A stretch of DNA of 12,698 bases from a virus, in the UHGV virus genome UHGV-0271890. The stretch is one strand, 5' to 3'. The stretch's first letter is position 1. The number at the start of each line of letters is the position of its first letter. The translations under genes were made by a program, and so were the position numbers. Under the pieces are notes generated by a model. It saw nothing but the letters and a program-made list of their open reading frames with translations, was not told the origin of the DNA and did no database searches. Positions 5,250 through 12,698 of the stretch are shown piece after piece.

Positions 5250-6379
5250 TTAAAGCAAAGACTTACCCAGACTTCAAAGAGTTTGTGAAGGGCTTCGTTG
5301 CAAATGTAAAGGCTGGTAAGAGATATGATTTTAGAACATATCAGGAGGCTATTTTACCGCTTACCTATAGTTCGTATTGGCCTGAAGCTGATATTGCAGA
5401 AGTTGAGAAGTTTGACTACAAACCAGACTACAAAGTTCCATTTAGTGATGAGTTGCTTTACAGCGTTGGTGCTCAAATGAGAACTTCTGACTTCTTCATG
5501 GATTTGCAGTATGCAATCATCAATGGTAAAGATGTTGACACAATTTACTGTGAATGGTTGGCAAGAGTTAAGCCGTTCTCAATGTTGAATGCTAAGTTGA
5601 AGGATGCTATTAAGCCACCAGCAATTACTCAGCAACCAACAGGTCAAACAGTCAATGAGGGTGGCACACTTACTCTAAGCATTCTAGCAACTAACGCCAC
5701 TGGATATCAGTGGAAGAAGGATGGTGAGGACATCCCTAGTGCCAATTCTGCAACTTACACAAAACAGTCAGTAGCACCTTCTGACGCTGGTTCATACACT
5801 TGTGTTGTATCTGGAGAGGGTGGAACAAGTGTTACCTCAGATACAGCAACAGTGACTGTGAACGCACTGCCTGTGATTACACAACAACCTTCTAGCCAGA
5901 CCATCAATGAGGGTGGAAACATCAACTTGGAAGTGACTGCAACTGGTGCAACTGGTTACCAATGGAAGAAAGATGGCTCTGACATTCCTTCAGCGACAAA
6001 TGCTGCCTATAGCAAGTCTGGTGCGCTGCCAGCAGATGCAGGTTCATACACTTGCGTTGTAACAGGTGCAGGTGGTTCTGTTACTTCTAGTCCTGCAACA
6101 GTTACTGTGAATGCACTTCCAGTAATCACTCAACAGCCAACCAATCAAGAAATCACTGAAGGTGAGACATTAACACTTAACGTTGTAGCAACAGGTGCAA
6201 CAGGTTATCAGTGGAAGAAGGGTGAGGAAGTCATCCCAGACGCAACTGCTGCAACTTACATCAAAGAAGGTGCAACCGCTGCTGATGCAGGAAGCTACAC
6301 CTGTGTAGTGACTGGTGCAGGTGGCTCTGTAACATCTAATGCAGCAACAGTTACAGTTAACCCAGCAGGGGAGGCGTAA
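5246..6379 (+). CDS. Protein with N-terminal paralogous domain and three tandem Ig-like domains, 377 aa
   Basis: ATGA start/stop overlap; three ~82-85-aa repeats, each with ITQQP...EG...ATGYQWKK...DAGSYTCVV...VTVN (I-set-like Ig signature). Confidence 0.85.
   Translation: MIKAKTYPDFKEFVKGFVANVKAGKRYDFRTYQEAILPLTYSSYWPEADIAEVEKFDYKPDYKVPFSDELLYSVGAQMRTSDFFMDLQYAIINGKDVDTIYCEWLARVKPFSMLNAKLKDAIKPPAITQQPTGQTVNEGGTLTLSILATNATGYQWKKDGEDIPSANSATYTKQSVAPSDAGSYTCVVSGEGGTSVTSDTATVTVNALPVITQQPSSQTINEGGNINLEVTATGATGYQWKKDGSDIPSATNAAYSKSGALPADAGSYTCVVTGAGGSVTSSPATVTVNALPVITQQPTNQEITEGETLTLNVVATGATGYQWKKGEEVIPDATAATYIKEGATAADAGSYTCVVTGAGGSVTSNAATVTVNPAGEA
5615..6370 (+). repeat. Three tandem ~250-bp in-frame repeats encoding Ig-like domains
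   Basis: Protein-level repeats are strongly conserved while the DNA has diverged at synonymous positions. Confidence 0.8.
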
Positions 6380-6843
6380 TGCAACTCTCAAGAAAAGGTT
6401 TAGACGCTATTAAGTTCTTCGAAGGTCTGAAGTTAGAGGCTTACGAAGACTCTGCCGGAATCCCAACAATCGGGTATGGGACAATCCGTATTGACGGAAA
6501 ACCTGTTAAGATGGGTATGAAAATTACTGCTGAACAAGCTGAACAGTATCTTCTCGCAGATGTTGAAAAGTTCGTTGCAGCAGTGAACAAAGCCATCAAG
6601 GTTCCAACTTCTCAGAATGAGTTCGATGCACTTGTAAGTGAAACATACAACATCGGTATCACAGCTATGCAGGATTCTACATTTATCAAGCGCCACAATG
6701 CTGGTAATAAGGTAGGTTGTGCAGAAGCTATGCAGTGGTGGAACAAGGTTACAGTCAAAGGTAAGAAGGTCACTTCAAACGGACTGAAAAACAGACGTAG
6801 AATGGAAGCTGACATTTATCTTGACAGTGTATATCCAAAGTAA
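6379..6843 (+). CDS. Lysozyme, glycoside hydrolase family 24 (T4/P22-type), probable endolysin
   Basis: N-terminal FEGLKLEAYEDSAGIPTIGYG has the E-x8-D-x5-T catalytic spacing of T4 lysozyme; overall resembles P22 gp19; TAATG start overlap. Confidence 0.92.
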   Translation: MQLSRKGLDAIKFFEGLKLEAYEDSAGIPTIGYGTIRIDGKPVKMGMKITAEQAEQYLLADVEKFVAAVNKAIKVPTSQNEFDALVSETYNIGITAMQDSTFIKRHNAGNKVGCAEAMQWWNKVTVKGKKVTSNGLKNRRRMEADIYLDSVYPK

Positions 6844-6853
6844 TATCTTCATA

Positions 6854-6880
6854 GGCTCCTTCGGGAGCCTTTTTATTTTC
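6854..6880 (+). terminator. Rho-independent terminator
   Basis: AGGCTCC-TTCG-GGAGCCT followed by TTTTTATTTT, immediately after the lysozyme stop. Confidence 0.75.
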
Positions 6881-6893
6881 TAAGGAGAAAACT

Positions 6894-7292
6894 ATGAAAC
6901 TTTGGGCTAGTGACTTTGGAACTTTTAAGTACACTCGCAATGGCTCAATGGTGAGAATCATTGGGAGTAACGTTGTTACAGTTGGGGATAGGGTACATAC
7001 AAGGTTTACTGTTGAGTTAGCTGAACTATCGCCTATTGAATCTGCTAACAATGGACTGTTCAAGTTTGAGACTTACCATGTAAATGAACACGGGCAGTTT
7101 AATACTCTAGGGGAAAGTGGTCTTGATATTATTTCAGAACACCCCTTGACAAGAGAGCAACTTGCAGGTTACTATAAAACCATTCTTGAAAGGACTTTGG
7201 CAACACATGAGCATGAGGCCAGATACCACATAGAACGATGTGAAGTTTTAAGAGCAAAAATCGAACAAGCAGAGAGAGGTTTTTATGAATAA
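6894..7292 (+). CDS. Hypothetical protein, 132 aa
   Basis: ORF with strong AAGGAG RBS. Confidence 0.75.
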   Translation: MKLWASDFGTFKYTRNGSMVRIIGSNVVTVGDRVHTRFTVELAELSPIESANNGLFKFETYHVNEHGQFNTLGESGLDIISEHPLTREQLAGYYKTILERTLATHEHEARYHIERCEVLRAKIEQAERGFYE

Positions 7293-7680
7293 TAGCAGTC
7301 ATATCCACGTTAAAGTTGATGTCAGTCGTTACAGTGAAAATGAAGAATTAGACCTGCAAGATGCTCTTCTATTTGAGAAGAATGGCAATCTGCATTTGCA
7401 TTTTGAAGGTACAAACACATATCTCCACAGATGTCGAGATGATGCCGATGGTTGCCCTGTTTTTGCTTGGTATAATTTAGAGTTTCCTCTTTATGCAATC
7501 CACTATCCAGATGGTGGAGAAGACTGGACAACTCAATCAATCTTTGATGAGCTTAATGGTGTTCCAGTTGAGCAAGAAGAGCAAGAGCCTGTTGAACTCA
7601 CCTTCACTTTTATCAAAGAAGAGAAAGTTGGTGATTTGTCAGTAACTGAAGCAATTCAAGTCTCACAGGTTATTCGTTAA
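7285..7680 (+). CDS. Hypothetical acidic protein, 131 aa
   Basis: ORF with GAGAGAGG RBS; overlaps neighbours by a few nt. Confidence 0.75.
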   Translation: MNNSSHIHVKVDVSRYSENEELDLQDALLFEKNGNLHLHFEGTNTYLHRCRDDADGCPVFAWYNLEFPLYAIHYPDGGEDWTTQSIFDELNGVPVEQEEQEPVELTFTFIKEEKVGDLSVTEAIQVSQVIR

Positions 7681-7973
7681 TGAGTAAAGTACAGGTTGTT
7701 TTCCCTATTTGTGACTTCTCACTAGAGCGTGAACTTGACCTGTACGAAGAAATTACTGACGAAATTATCTGGTCTGTTGTAGAAGAGGCTATCAAGAAAC
7801 TGTATGGTGGCCTCTTAAACCCATCAAGTAAGAAGTTAAGCACTAAGCAAGTAGCTGACCCATATGTTTCATATGATGCCTACAACAAACCTTTTGAGAA
7901 TACCTGCTTTGACCTTATGGTAGGTAATAACAAAGTCAACTATTTCTTCGTCAGAGAGTTTAACGATGAGTAA
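7680..7973 (+). CDS. Hypothetical protein, 97 aa
   Basis: TAATG overlap with the upstream gene. Confidence 0.65.
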   Translation: MSKVQVVFPICDFSLERELDLYEEITDEIIWSVVEEAIKKLYGGLLNPSSKKLSTKQVADPYVSYDAYNKPFENTCFDLMVGNNKVNYFFVREFNDE

Positions 7974-8310
7974 GCTCCATGTCACAGTGTACAAAAACTT
8001 CTCAGATATCAAAGAGTCTTTAACAAATAAGCTTGACTTACAACGTAAAAGACTCTTTTTAATGTACGACATAGACAACTACAACCATCCTAAAGAGTTT
8101 AACTACAAAGATGGTACAAAGGTTGTTGAGTTTGAAGATTCTGTAACGGTATATGTAAAATATGACTTACCAGCAAAGTACATAGGGGTGTTAGAGTATT
8201 ATATATTCAAACATACTGGTATGCGTGGTGAATCTGTCAAGATATCTTCTATAGAAGTTTTTGAGAAACCTAACACACAACTTAAAAAGTATTTAATGAG
8301 GAAACTGTAA
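7966..8310 (+). CDS. Hypothetical protein, 114 aa
   Basis: ORF with GAGAG RBS; small overlap with the upstream gene. Confidence 0.7.
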   Translation: MSKLHVTVYKNFSDIKESLTNKLDLQRKRLFLMYDIDNYNHPKEFNYKDGTKVVEFEDSVTVYVKYDLPAKYIGVLEYYIFKHTGMRGESVKISSIEVFEKPNTQLKKYLMRKL

Positions 8311-8891
8311 TGTCCGAAGAGCAACAGAATATCACTCCACAAGTGACACTAGTACAACACTTTGGAAATATTGAAGGGTGTATTGCACTTTTTCAACCAA
8401 GCATCAACTCTCCTGCAAAAGTCTGTAAGTTGACCATGAATGTTAACAACATCAGTGTTTGCCTTGTTGATGAAGTTCAATATTTCAAGTTCAATGACAG
8501 AGAGGTTGATGCTGCACTATTGAAGTATCGAGCAAGCCTCGAAAAAGATATTGACCATAAAGAACTTGTAACGCTGTTTGGTGACCTTCACAAGCTTCTT
8601 GAAAAGGTTATGAAGCGCACATACTACATGAACAATGGTTCAATCATCACCACTTTGATTTCGCCATGTATCTCAGAGCCAATTTTAACTGATGACGGTG
8701 GATACTACGTGGTAGCATCAGCAGACTCTGATTGGTGGATGAAGAATACAGCACTGAAGACGATTATCGAGGCTATCCGTGAACACATTCCTTCATTCAG
8801 CCCGTGGAAAGGTAAAAGTGATGATTTCATTGCACTATTGAGTGAAGAGAGTAACAAGCGCAGTGCATTACTGCCTAAAAAATACTCTTGA
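8310..8891 (+). CDS. Hypothetical protein, 193 aa
   Basis: ORF with GAGGA RBS; TAATG overlap. Confidence 0.75.
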   Translation: MSEEQQNITPQVTLVQHFGNIEGCIALFQPSINSPAKVCKLTMNVNNISVCLVDEVQYFKFNDREVDAALLKYRASLEKDIDHKELVTLFGDLHKLLEKVMKRTYYMNNGSIITTLISPCISEPILTDDGGYYVVASADSDWWMKNTALKTIIEAIREHIPSFSPWKGKSDDFIALLSEESNKRSALLPKKYS

Positions 8892-8916
8892 CCGAGTATA
8901 CAAAACTGATTATGAT
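8888..8916 (+). promoter_or_regulatory. Candidate internal sigma70-type promoter
   Basis: TTGACC (8888-8893), 17-nt spacer, TATGAT (8911-8916). Confidence 0.4.
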
Positions 8917-8946
8917 GGGAGCTATCGAGAGGTAGTTCCCTTTTTA
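8917..8946 (+). terminator. Hairpin plus U-tract (terminator or 5'-UTR structure)
   Basis: GGGAGCTA-TCGAGAGG-TAGTTCCC 8-bp stem (one G:U) followed by TTTTTAG. Confidence 0.4.
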
Positions 8947-8974
8947 GTTTCTAGATAAGAGACATGGTAAAAGA

Positions 8975-9193
8975 ATGAAAAAGTTAACTACAGTTGAAGA
9001 TTACTACAAACTTTCCCTGTTAGAACAGTATCGTAGAAGCCAGAATATCAGAAAATGCTATGGTAAACACGCTGAAGGTGACTTTTACCGTTGCTATGAT
9101 GCAGATTTAAAAGGTGTAACACCTAGAGGGAAAGTCCTGCAAAGACTTGTTGACCTTGAATGGAACAAACGATTGAGAGGGGTTGGAAAATGA
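8975..9193 (+). CDS. Hypothetical protein, 72 aa
   Basis: ORF with weak RBS; stop overlaps the next start (ATGA). Confidence 0.6.
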   Translation: MKKLTTVEDYYKLSLLEQYRRSQNIRKCYGKHAEGDFYRCYDADLKGVTPRGKVLQRLVDLEWNKRLRGVGK

Positions 9194-9693
9194 TTTACGA
9201 AGAAAGATACAAGATAGATTTTCAGGATACTCGCCACCACACTTCTTTAAGAGTGACGAAACCAAATGGAGATACCGGTATCATAGCACATTTTGGTGGT
9301 GATTATTGGTATGGCACAGGTTGCTTTGAAGGCTACAATCAAGAATACTTGAAAGCATTCTACAGAGACTTTGCAAACGACTACAACAGGGTTGTTGACG
9401 AAAAGAATAAATGTATTAAGCATGAACACCATGCCAGAGGCTGCCTAAGTATTGTTATGGTACTTGCGTTCTTCTTAGCAATGTTACTAGTAGTATCAGC
9501 AATTAGCTGCATAGCTCAAGACTTGACAATTACACAGATTACTACAAAGATACACGATATCTGGTACTTGTATGCTGTTCCTTTAGCTGGTATCATCATC
9601 TCACTAATGAGGTTCAGAGTTCATAAGAAACGACTTAAGGACTCAGAGATTAAACTTGAAGAGGTAAGTAAAGAATGCAACCTACAATTATAG
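9190..9693 (+). CDS. Membrane protein, 167 aa, two predicted C-terminal TM helices
   Basis: ATG at 9190 preceded by GAGGGG and overlapping the upstream stop (preferred over the ORF-track start at 9160, which lies inside the previous gene); hydrophobic stretches VMVLAFFLAMLLVVSAISCIA and YLYAVPLAGIIISLM followed by a charged tail. Confidence 0.65.
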   Translation: MIYEERYKIDFQDTRHHTSLRVTKPNGDTGIIAHFGGDYWYGTGCFEGYNQEYLKAFYRDFANDYNRVVDEKNKCIKHEHHARGCLSIVMVLAFFLAMLLVVSAISCIAQDLTITQITTKIHDIWYLYAVPLAGIIISLMRFRVHKKRLKDSEIKLEEVSKECNLQL

Positions 9694-9770
9694 CTGTATG
9701 TGTTCGTTTTGCAATCGCTGAAATGATTAACAAGGCAATCTTAAAAGATGCCTATGGAGAGACTAAGTAA
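9675..9770 (+). CDS. Candidate small hydrophobic peptide, 31 aa
   Basis: ATG preceded by GAGGT with ~9-nt spacer; MQPTIIAVCVRFAIAEMINKAILKDAYGETK; stop overlaps next start (TAATG). Not in the ORF track because it is below 60 aa. Confidence 0.3.
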   Translation: MQPTIIAVCVRFAIAEMINKAILKDAYGETK

Positions 9771-9994
9771 TGATTAAAACACCTGTACCAATTTTTGGAT
9801 TCCCTTCTATAGAAGAATTTAAAGTCTATCTTGACAAAAACTTCTACAACGAGCAGCCTGTAACACTTCTGAAGAGTGACTTATCAGAGCTTCTTGATAT
9901 GGTTATCAAGGCAACTTCTGAGAAGGAACCTGAGCAGAAAGCTGAGAAGAAGAATAGTAAGAAATCTGATAAGAAGACTGAAAAGTCTGAGTAG
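9770..9994 (+). CDS. Hypothetical protein with lysine-rich C-terminus, 74 aa
   Basis: ORF with GGAGA RBS. Confidence 0.6.
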   Translation: MIKTPVPIFGFPSIEEFKVYLDKNFYNEQPVTLLKSDLSELLDMVIKATSEKEPEQKAEKKNSKKSDKKTEKSE

Positions 9995-10047
9995 TAACTT
10001 GAGGGGTTACTTGATAGCCCCTTTGTAGAAACTTAGAAGGTAGCGAA

Positions 10048-10476
10048 ATGAAAGAACTTATAGGTAAAGAGCTTGACGTTGTAGATGCAAAGACACAGAG
10101 GTATATAGCTACTGTTAAGTTTCTTGGAATGAATGATGCAAGTGATGATTACCCTCTCAACTGCATAGTTTTAGATAAGTTTAAGGTTTGTGGTATTAAT
10201 TTTAATGAGGATAACTTTATAAGCTTTGATAAGGACGGTTTCTGGCGTGGTAAGAACCATCCTCAAGCAAATGAGTTTGATATGCGTCTAGTGATACCAC
10301 AAAAAGGTAAATCACAAAATGTAAAAGATATCCTTGTAGAAGCCTATGCAGAAGGTATAATAGATGTTGTGCATGATGTTGAAAAAGCTTTAAAGCTTGT
10401 TATGCCACATTTAGAATCTGGAAAGCTGACTTTAGAGATGTTTAATAGGGTTATTCGGAGAGCTTATGAAGGTTAA
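10048..10476 (+). CDS. Hypothetical protein, 142 aa
   Basis: ORF with AAGG RBS. Confidence 0.75.
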   Translation: MKELIGKELDVVDAKTQRYIATVKFLGMNDASDDYPLNCIVLDKFKVCGINFNEDNFISFDKDGFWRGKNHPQANEFDMRLVIPQKGKSQNVKDILVEAYAEGIIDVVHDVEKALKLVMPHLESGKLTLEMFNRVIRRAYEG

Positions 10477-10930
10477 AGAAGTCGTTCAAAAAGCAATGCT
10501 TGATAACTCAACTAAAGACGAAATGTACAAAGAGATTTGTGATAAGTTGAATTGTTCAAGACATGCTGCTAATGTTCTTGTACATTGTTTTATCTGGGAA
10601 TGCTCAGAGGCTTATATGCAATATGTAGCGTTTGAAAGTTCTCACTTACTAGGTGATGTAGAAGCTGGTGAGAAGCTAAAAGAACCTGAGATGAAAACAG
10701 TTCCTAAAGTTGGTAATGTATACCCTCTTAAAGATTTCAAGACTGGAAAGATTGTTGCAAAAGGTGTAGTAGAATCTGTTTATCACGATGGTAAATACTT
10801 ACTTAAAATATTTGAGTATGATAGCCACTACACACACTTATGTGGGATTACATTCTTAGTAACAGAAGAAGACCTCATTAAGAACAATGGCAACAAGTTT
10901 GCAGTCCCAGCTTACCAAGTTTTACGATAA
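10466..10930 (+). CDS. Hypothetical protein, 154 aa
   Basis: ORF with GGAGAG RBS; overlaps the upstream gene. Confidence 0.75.
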   Translation: MKVKEVVQKAMLDNSTKDEMYKEICDKLNCSRHAANVLVHCFIWECSEAYMQYVAFESSHLLGDVEAGEKLKEPEMKTVPKVGNVYPLKDFKTGKIVAKGVVESVYHDGKYLLKIFEYDSHYTHLCGITFLVTEEDLIKNNGNKFAVPAYQVLR

Positions 10931-10943
10931 TGGTGTGATAGAT

Positions 10944-11492
10944 ATGGAAAAAGATAACTTAAAAGAAGTTGAAGGTAACTACTTAGTACTTGACTGGAAG
11001 GATGTTCGGGAAGCACTCTCTGAAGAAAATCTTGACTGGTTCGAACAAATTATCTTTGCAGTACGGCATAACCGAGAAGTTGAAAATGGTAAAGAGCCAC
11101 TTGAAGGAATCTTTGTAGAAAGGTCTTATCCATTCTATGAAGACACTTTGCAGAAAGTTAAGATGTACTTTAAACAGAAGAACCGTAAAGTGGTCACTAT
11201 GGTATCTCTTGGTGGACAGAGTATGTCTGTGATGGAAGATATCAACCCTAAGAGACCGAGTAAAGGTGTTTGTATAAAAATCACAGGACATGAAGAGTAT
11301 ATCTCAGTGGCTGACTTTAGTGTGTTCTGTAATGGTTCTGCTGTCTTTAATGGGTTTCACTATGATATCCGAGTGTACCCAATCAAGGGAGATGATATCA
11401 TGATGCAGATATTCGATAACAATAATGGGTTCACTCATTTTTACCAGACAACTAAGTCATCATTGAAAACAGTTCTGGAAACACTGATTTAA
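10944..11492 (+). CDS. Hypothetical protein, 183 aa (alternative start 10887 gives 201 aa)
   Basis: In-frame ATG at 10944 avoids a 44-nt overlap with the upstream gene; RBS is weak for both candidate starts. Confidence 0.65.
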   Translation: MEKDNLKEVEGNYLVLDWKDVREALSEENLDWFEQIIFAVRHNREVENGKEPLEGIFVERSYPFYEDTLQKVKMYFKQKNRKVVTMVSLGGQSMSVMEDINPKRPSKGVCIKITGHEEYISVADFSVFCNGSAVFNGFHYDIRVYPIKGDDIMMQIFDNNNGFTHFYQTTKSSLKTVLETLI

Positions 11493-11503
11493 AATATCTT
11501 AAG

Positions 11504-11535
11504 AGCCTCCTTAATTGGGGGCTTTTTAATTTTTA
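11504..11535 (+). terminator. Rho-independent terminator at the end of the plus-strand operon
   Basis: AGCCTCC-TTAATT-GGGGGCT stem (one U:G) followed by TTTTTAATTTTT. Confidence 0.7.
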
Positions 11536-11599
11536 TAAAATTTTATCGGTTGTCCCAACCTCTGGGTCACCATCATATGTGAATAAAATATCTATCCTT

Positions 11600-12698
11600 C
11601 TTAACAACCTTCTTAATCTTACTCTCTATATATAGTTATATAGTACTATATAGTATCTTAGTAACTATCTAGTGGTCTTAATAGCCCCTCTGTATAACCC
11701 TTCTAACTAGCCCTCTAACAAGCCTTCTAAACACTCTTCTAACAAGCCTTCTTAACAACCTATACAATCACCTTAACCATCCCTCTACACCCTCTTAGAA
11801 GCTCCTATACACCTCTTAATCTCTATGTCAGCTATGTTACCCTCTATAGGTGTTCACTAGGTATTACTAAGCCTCTATATAGACTGTTTTAACAAACTTA
11901 ACAGGAATATCTTTACAGACCTTATCTCACAAGGTCTAACACGGTACTAACAAGGTATCTTATAAGCCTGTTTCTACCTGTATTTTTAAAAGACTGTCTA
12001 GGTAATTATTCAGAATTTTAAAATTTTTATAAAATAGGGTTATCAAGTCATTTTTTAGGGTCTTTGAAGGAACTGAAAAATATCTGATTAGGATGTATAT
12101 CTGCTTGGTAGCCCTTAACATCCCTGTAACATCCCCTTTGCAAAATTTTAAAATATCCTTAACAATCTCTTAACAGTTCTCACATCTTCTTAACAACTCT
12201 TCAAAGGTCTTAACAGTTTCTTAACAGAACTAACAAGGGCTTAACAGTTTTCTAACAAGTGCTGAATAGTCTTTACAGAGGCTTAACAGATGACTAACAA
12301 GAGCTAACAAGTTAATTTTAAAGAGTTATTTTGTTAAGATAATTAACAAGTTCCTAACAAGTGTTTAATCTTTTTAACAAGCTATTAACATGGTCACTAT
12401 CTCTTTTCTTATCGTTCCCTTTCCCTCTTAGTGATTCTCTTAACATACCTCTTAAAAGCTCTCTATAGCTCCTTGTAAGCTCTTTTAAGCCTCTTCCTAG
12501 TAATTACACCCCCAACTATGAAGAAAGCTCTTTATAGGGCTTTTCAGGAGCTTTTAAGGCTATGTCAAATGTTCTTACAAGGCTTTTACGTGGTCTTAAC
12601 AGAGATTTAACAAGGGGCTAACAAGTTGTTAACAAGTGCCTTAAAAGCATAACTATGTAGGGTTTGTTAAGAAATTGTTAAGAAAATGTTAAGGGGGC
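11600..12698. repeat. Non-coding array of ~30 direct TAACA(A/G) motifs in ~11-bp phase, with inverted copies at the right edge
   Basis: Hand count of about 30 plus-strand TAACA occurrences; most are in the YTAACARG context. Starts at 12597/12608/12619/12630 are exactly 11 bp apart; spacings between 12116 and 12386 are 9-11 bp or multiples. Inverted TGTTAAG copies at 12665, 12676, 12688; palindromes TTGTTAAGATAATTAACAA and TTGTTAACAA. No ORF of 60 aa or more on either strand. Confidence 0.8.

Noticed and set aside
5615-6370. Recent tandem DNA duplication or assembly artefact for the Ig-like repeats
   Set aside because: The three units differ substantially at synonymous positions while the protein sequence is conserved, so they are old, selected domain repeats.
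6170-7540. Minus-strand ORFs 6170..6391, 6433..6696, 6612..6815, 6770..7063 and 7322..7540
   Set aside because: Antisense to the Ig-like-domain gene, the lysozyme and neighbouring plus-strand genes; no start context; 6170..6391 has a Cys-rich composition that is an artefact of reading the Ig-repeat codons in reverse.
9160-9189. ORF-track start at 9160 for the membrane protein
   Set aside because: That ATG lies inside the preceding gene in another frame; the ATG at 9190 has a Shine-Dalgarno and the typical ATGA stop/start overlap.
7869-11291. Minus-strand ORFs 7869..8078, 9247..9432 and 10983..11291
   Set aside because: Embedded antisense in a tightly packed plus-strand operon with coupled start/stop overlaps; no independent support.
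11600-12698. CRISPR array as an explanation for the short repeats
   Set aside because: Repeat units are only 7-8 bp with ~3-bp variable gaps, not 25-40-bp repeats with unique spacers; no cas genes; the pattern fits protein-binding iterons.
1-12698. Assignment to a named phage group (T5-like or T4-like)
   Set aside because: A large tRNA cluster suggests such phages, but the endolysin here is a GH24 lysozyme (my recollection is that T5 uses a peptidase) and no hallmark structural or replication genes are in the window; no taxonomic call can be supported.

Overview
This window looks like a tRNA-rich accessory region of a large, AT-rich virulent phage; I cannot name the phage from sequence alone. 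It has three parts. (1) Positions ~250-1600 hold a minus-strand array of nine tRNA genes, all with encoded 3' CCA (Ile-GAU, Met-CAU, Lys-UUU, Asp-GUC, Tyr-GUA, Asn-GUU, a second CAU, Glu-UUC, Pro-UGG), interleaved with conserved non-tRNA structured elements. One of these carries a permuted tRNA-like module (T-arm, closed acceptor-like hairpin, D-arm) inside a long closing stem, which resembles bacterial Y-RNA-like RNAs. Directly upstream on the same strand is a two-gene operon encoding a vWA/MIDAS protein (471 aa) and a small GNPxGRPKG-motif protein. (2) Positions 3870-11492 hold a plus-strand operon of about 18 mostly uncharacterised small genes, including a GH24 T4/P22-type lysozyme and a protein with three tandem Ig-like domains. 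(3) Positions 11493-12698 are about 1.2 kb of non-coding DNA containing roughly 30 copies of a TAACA(A/G) motif in ~11-bp helical phase, plus palindromes and AT-rich tracts. All folds and motif counts were done by hand from the sequence; homology calls are from memory and need database confirmation.
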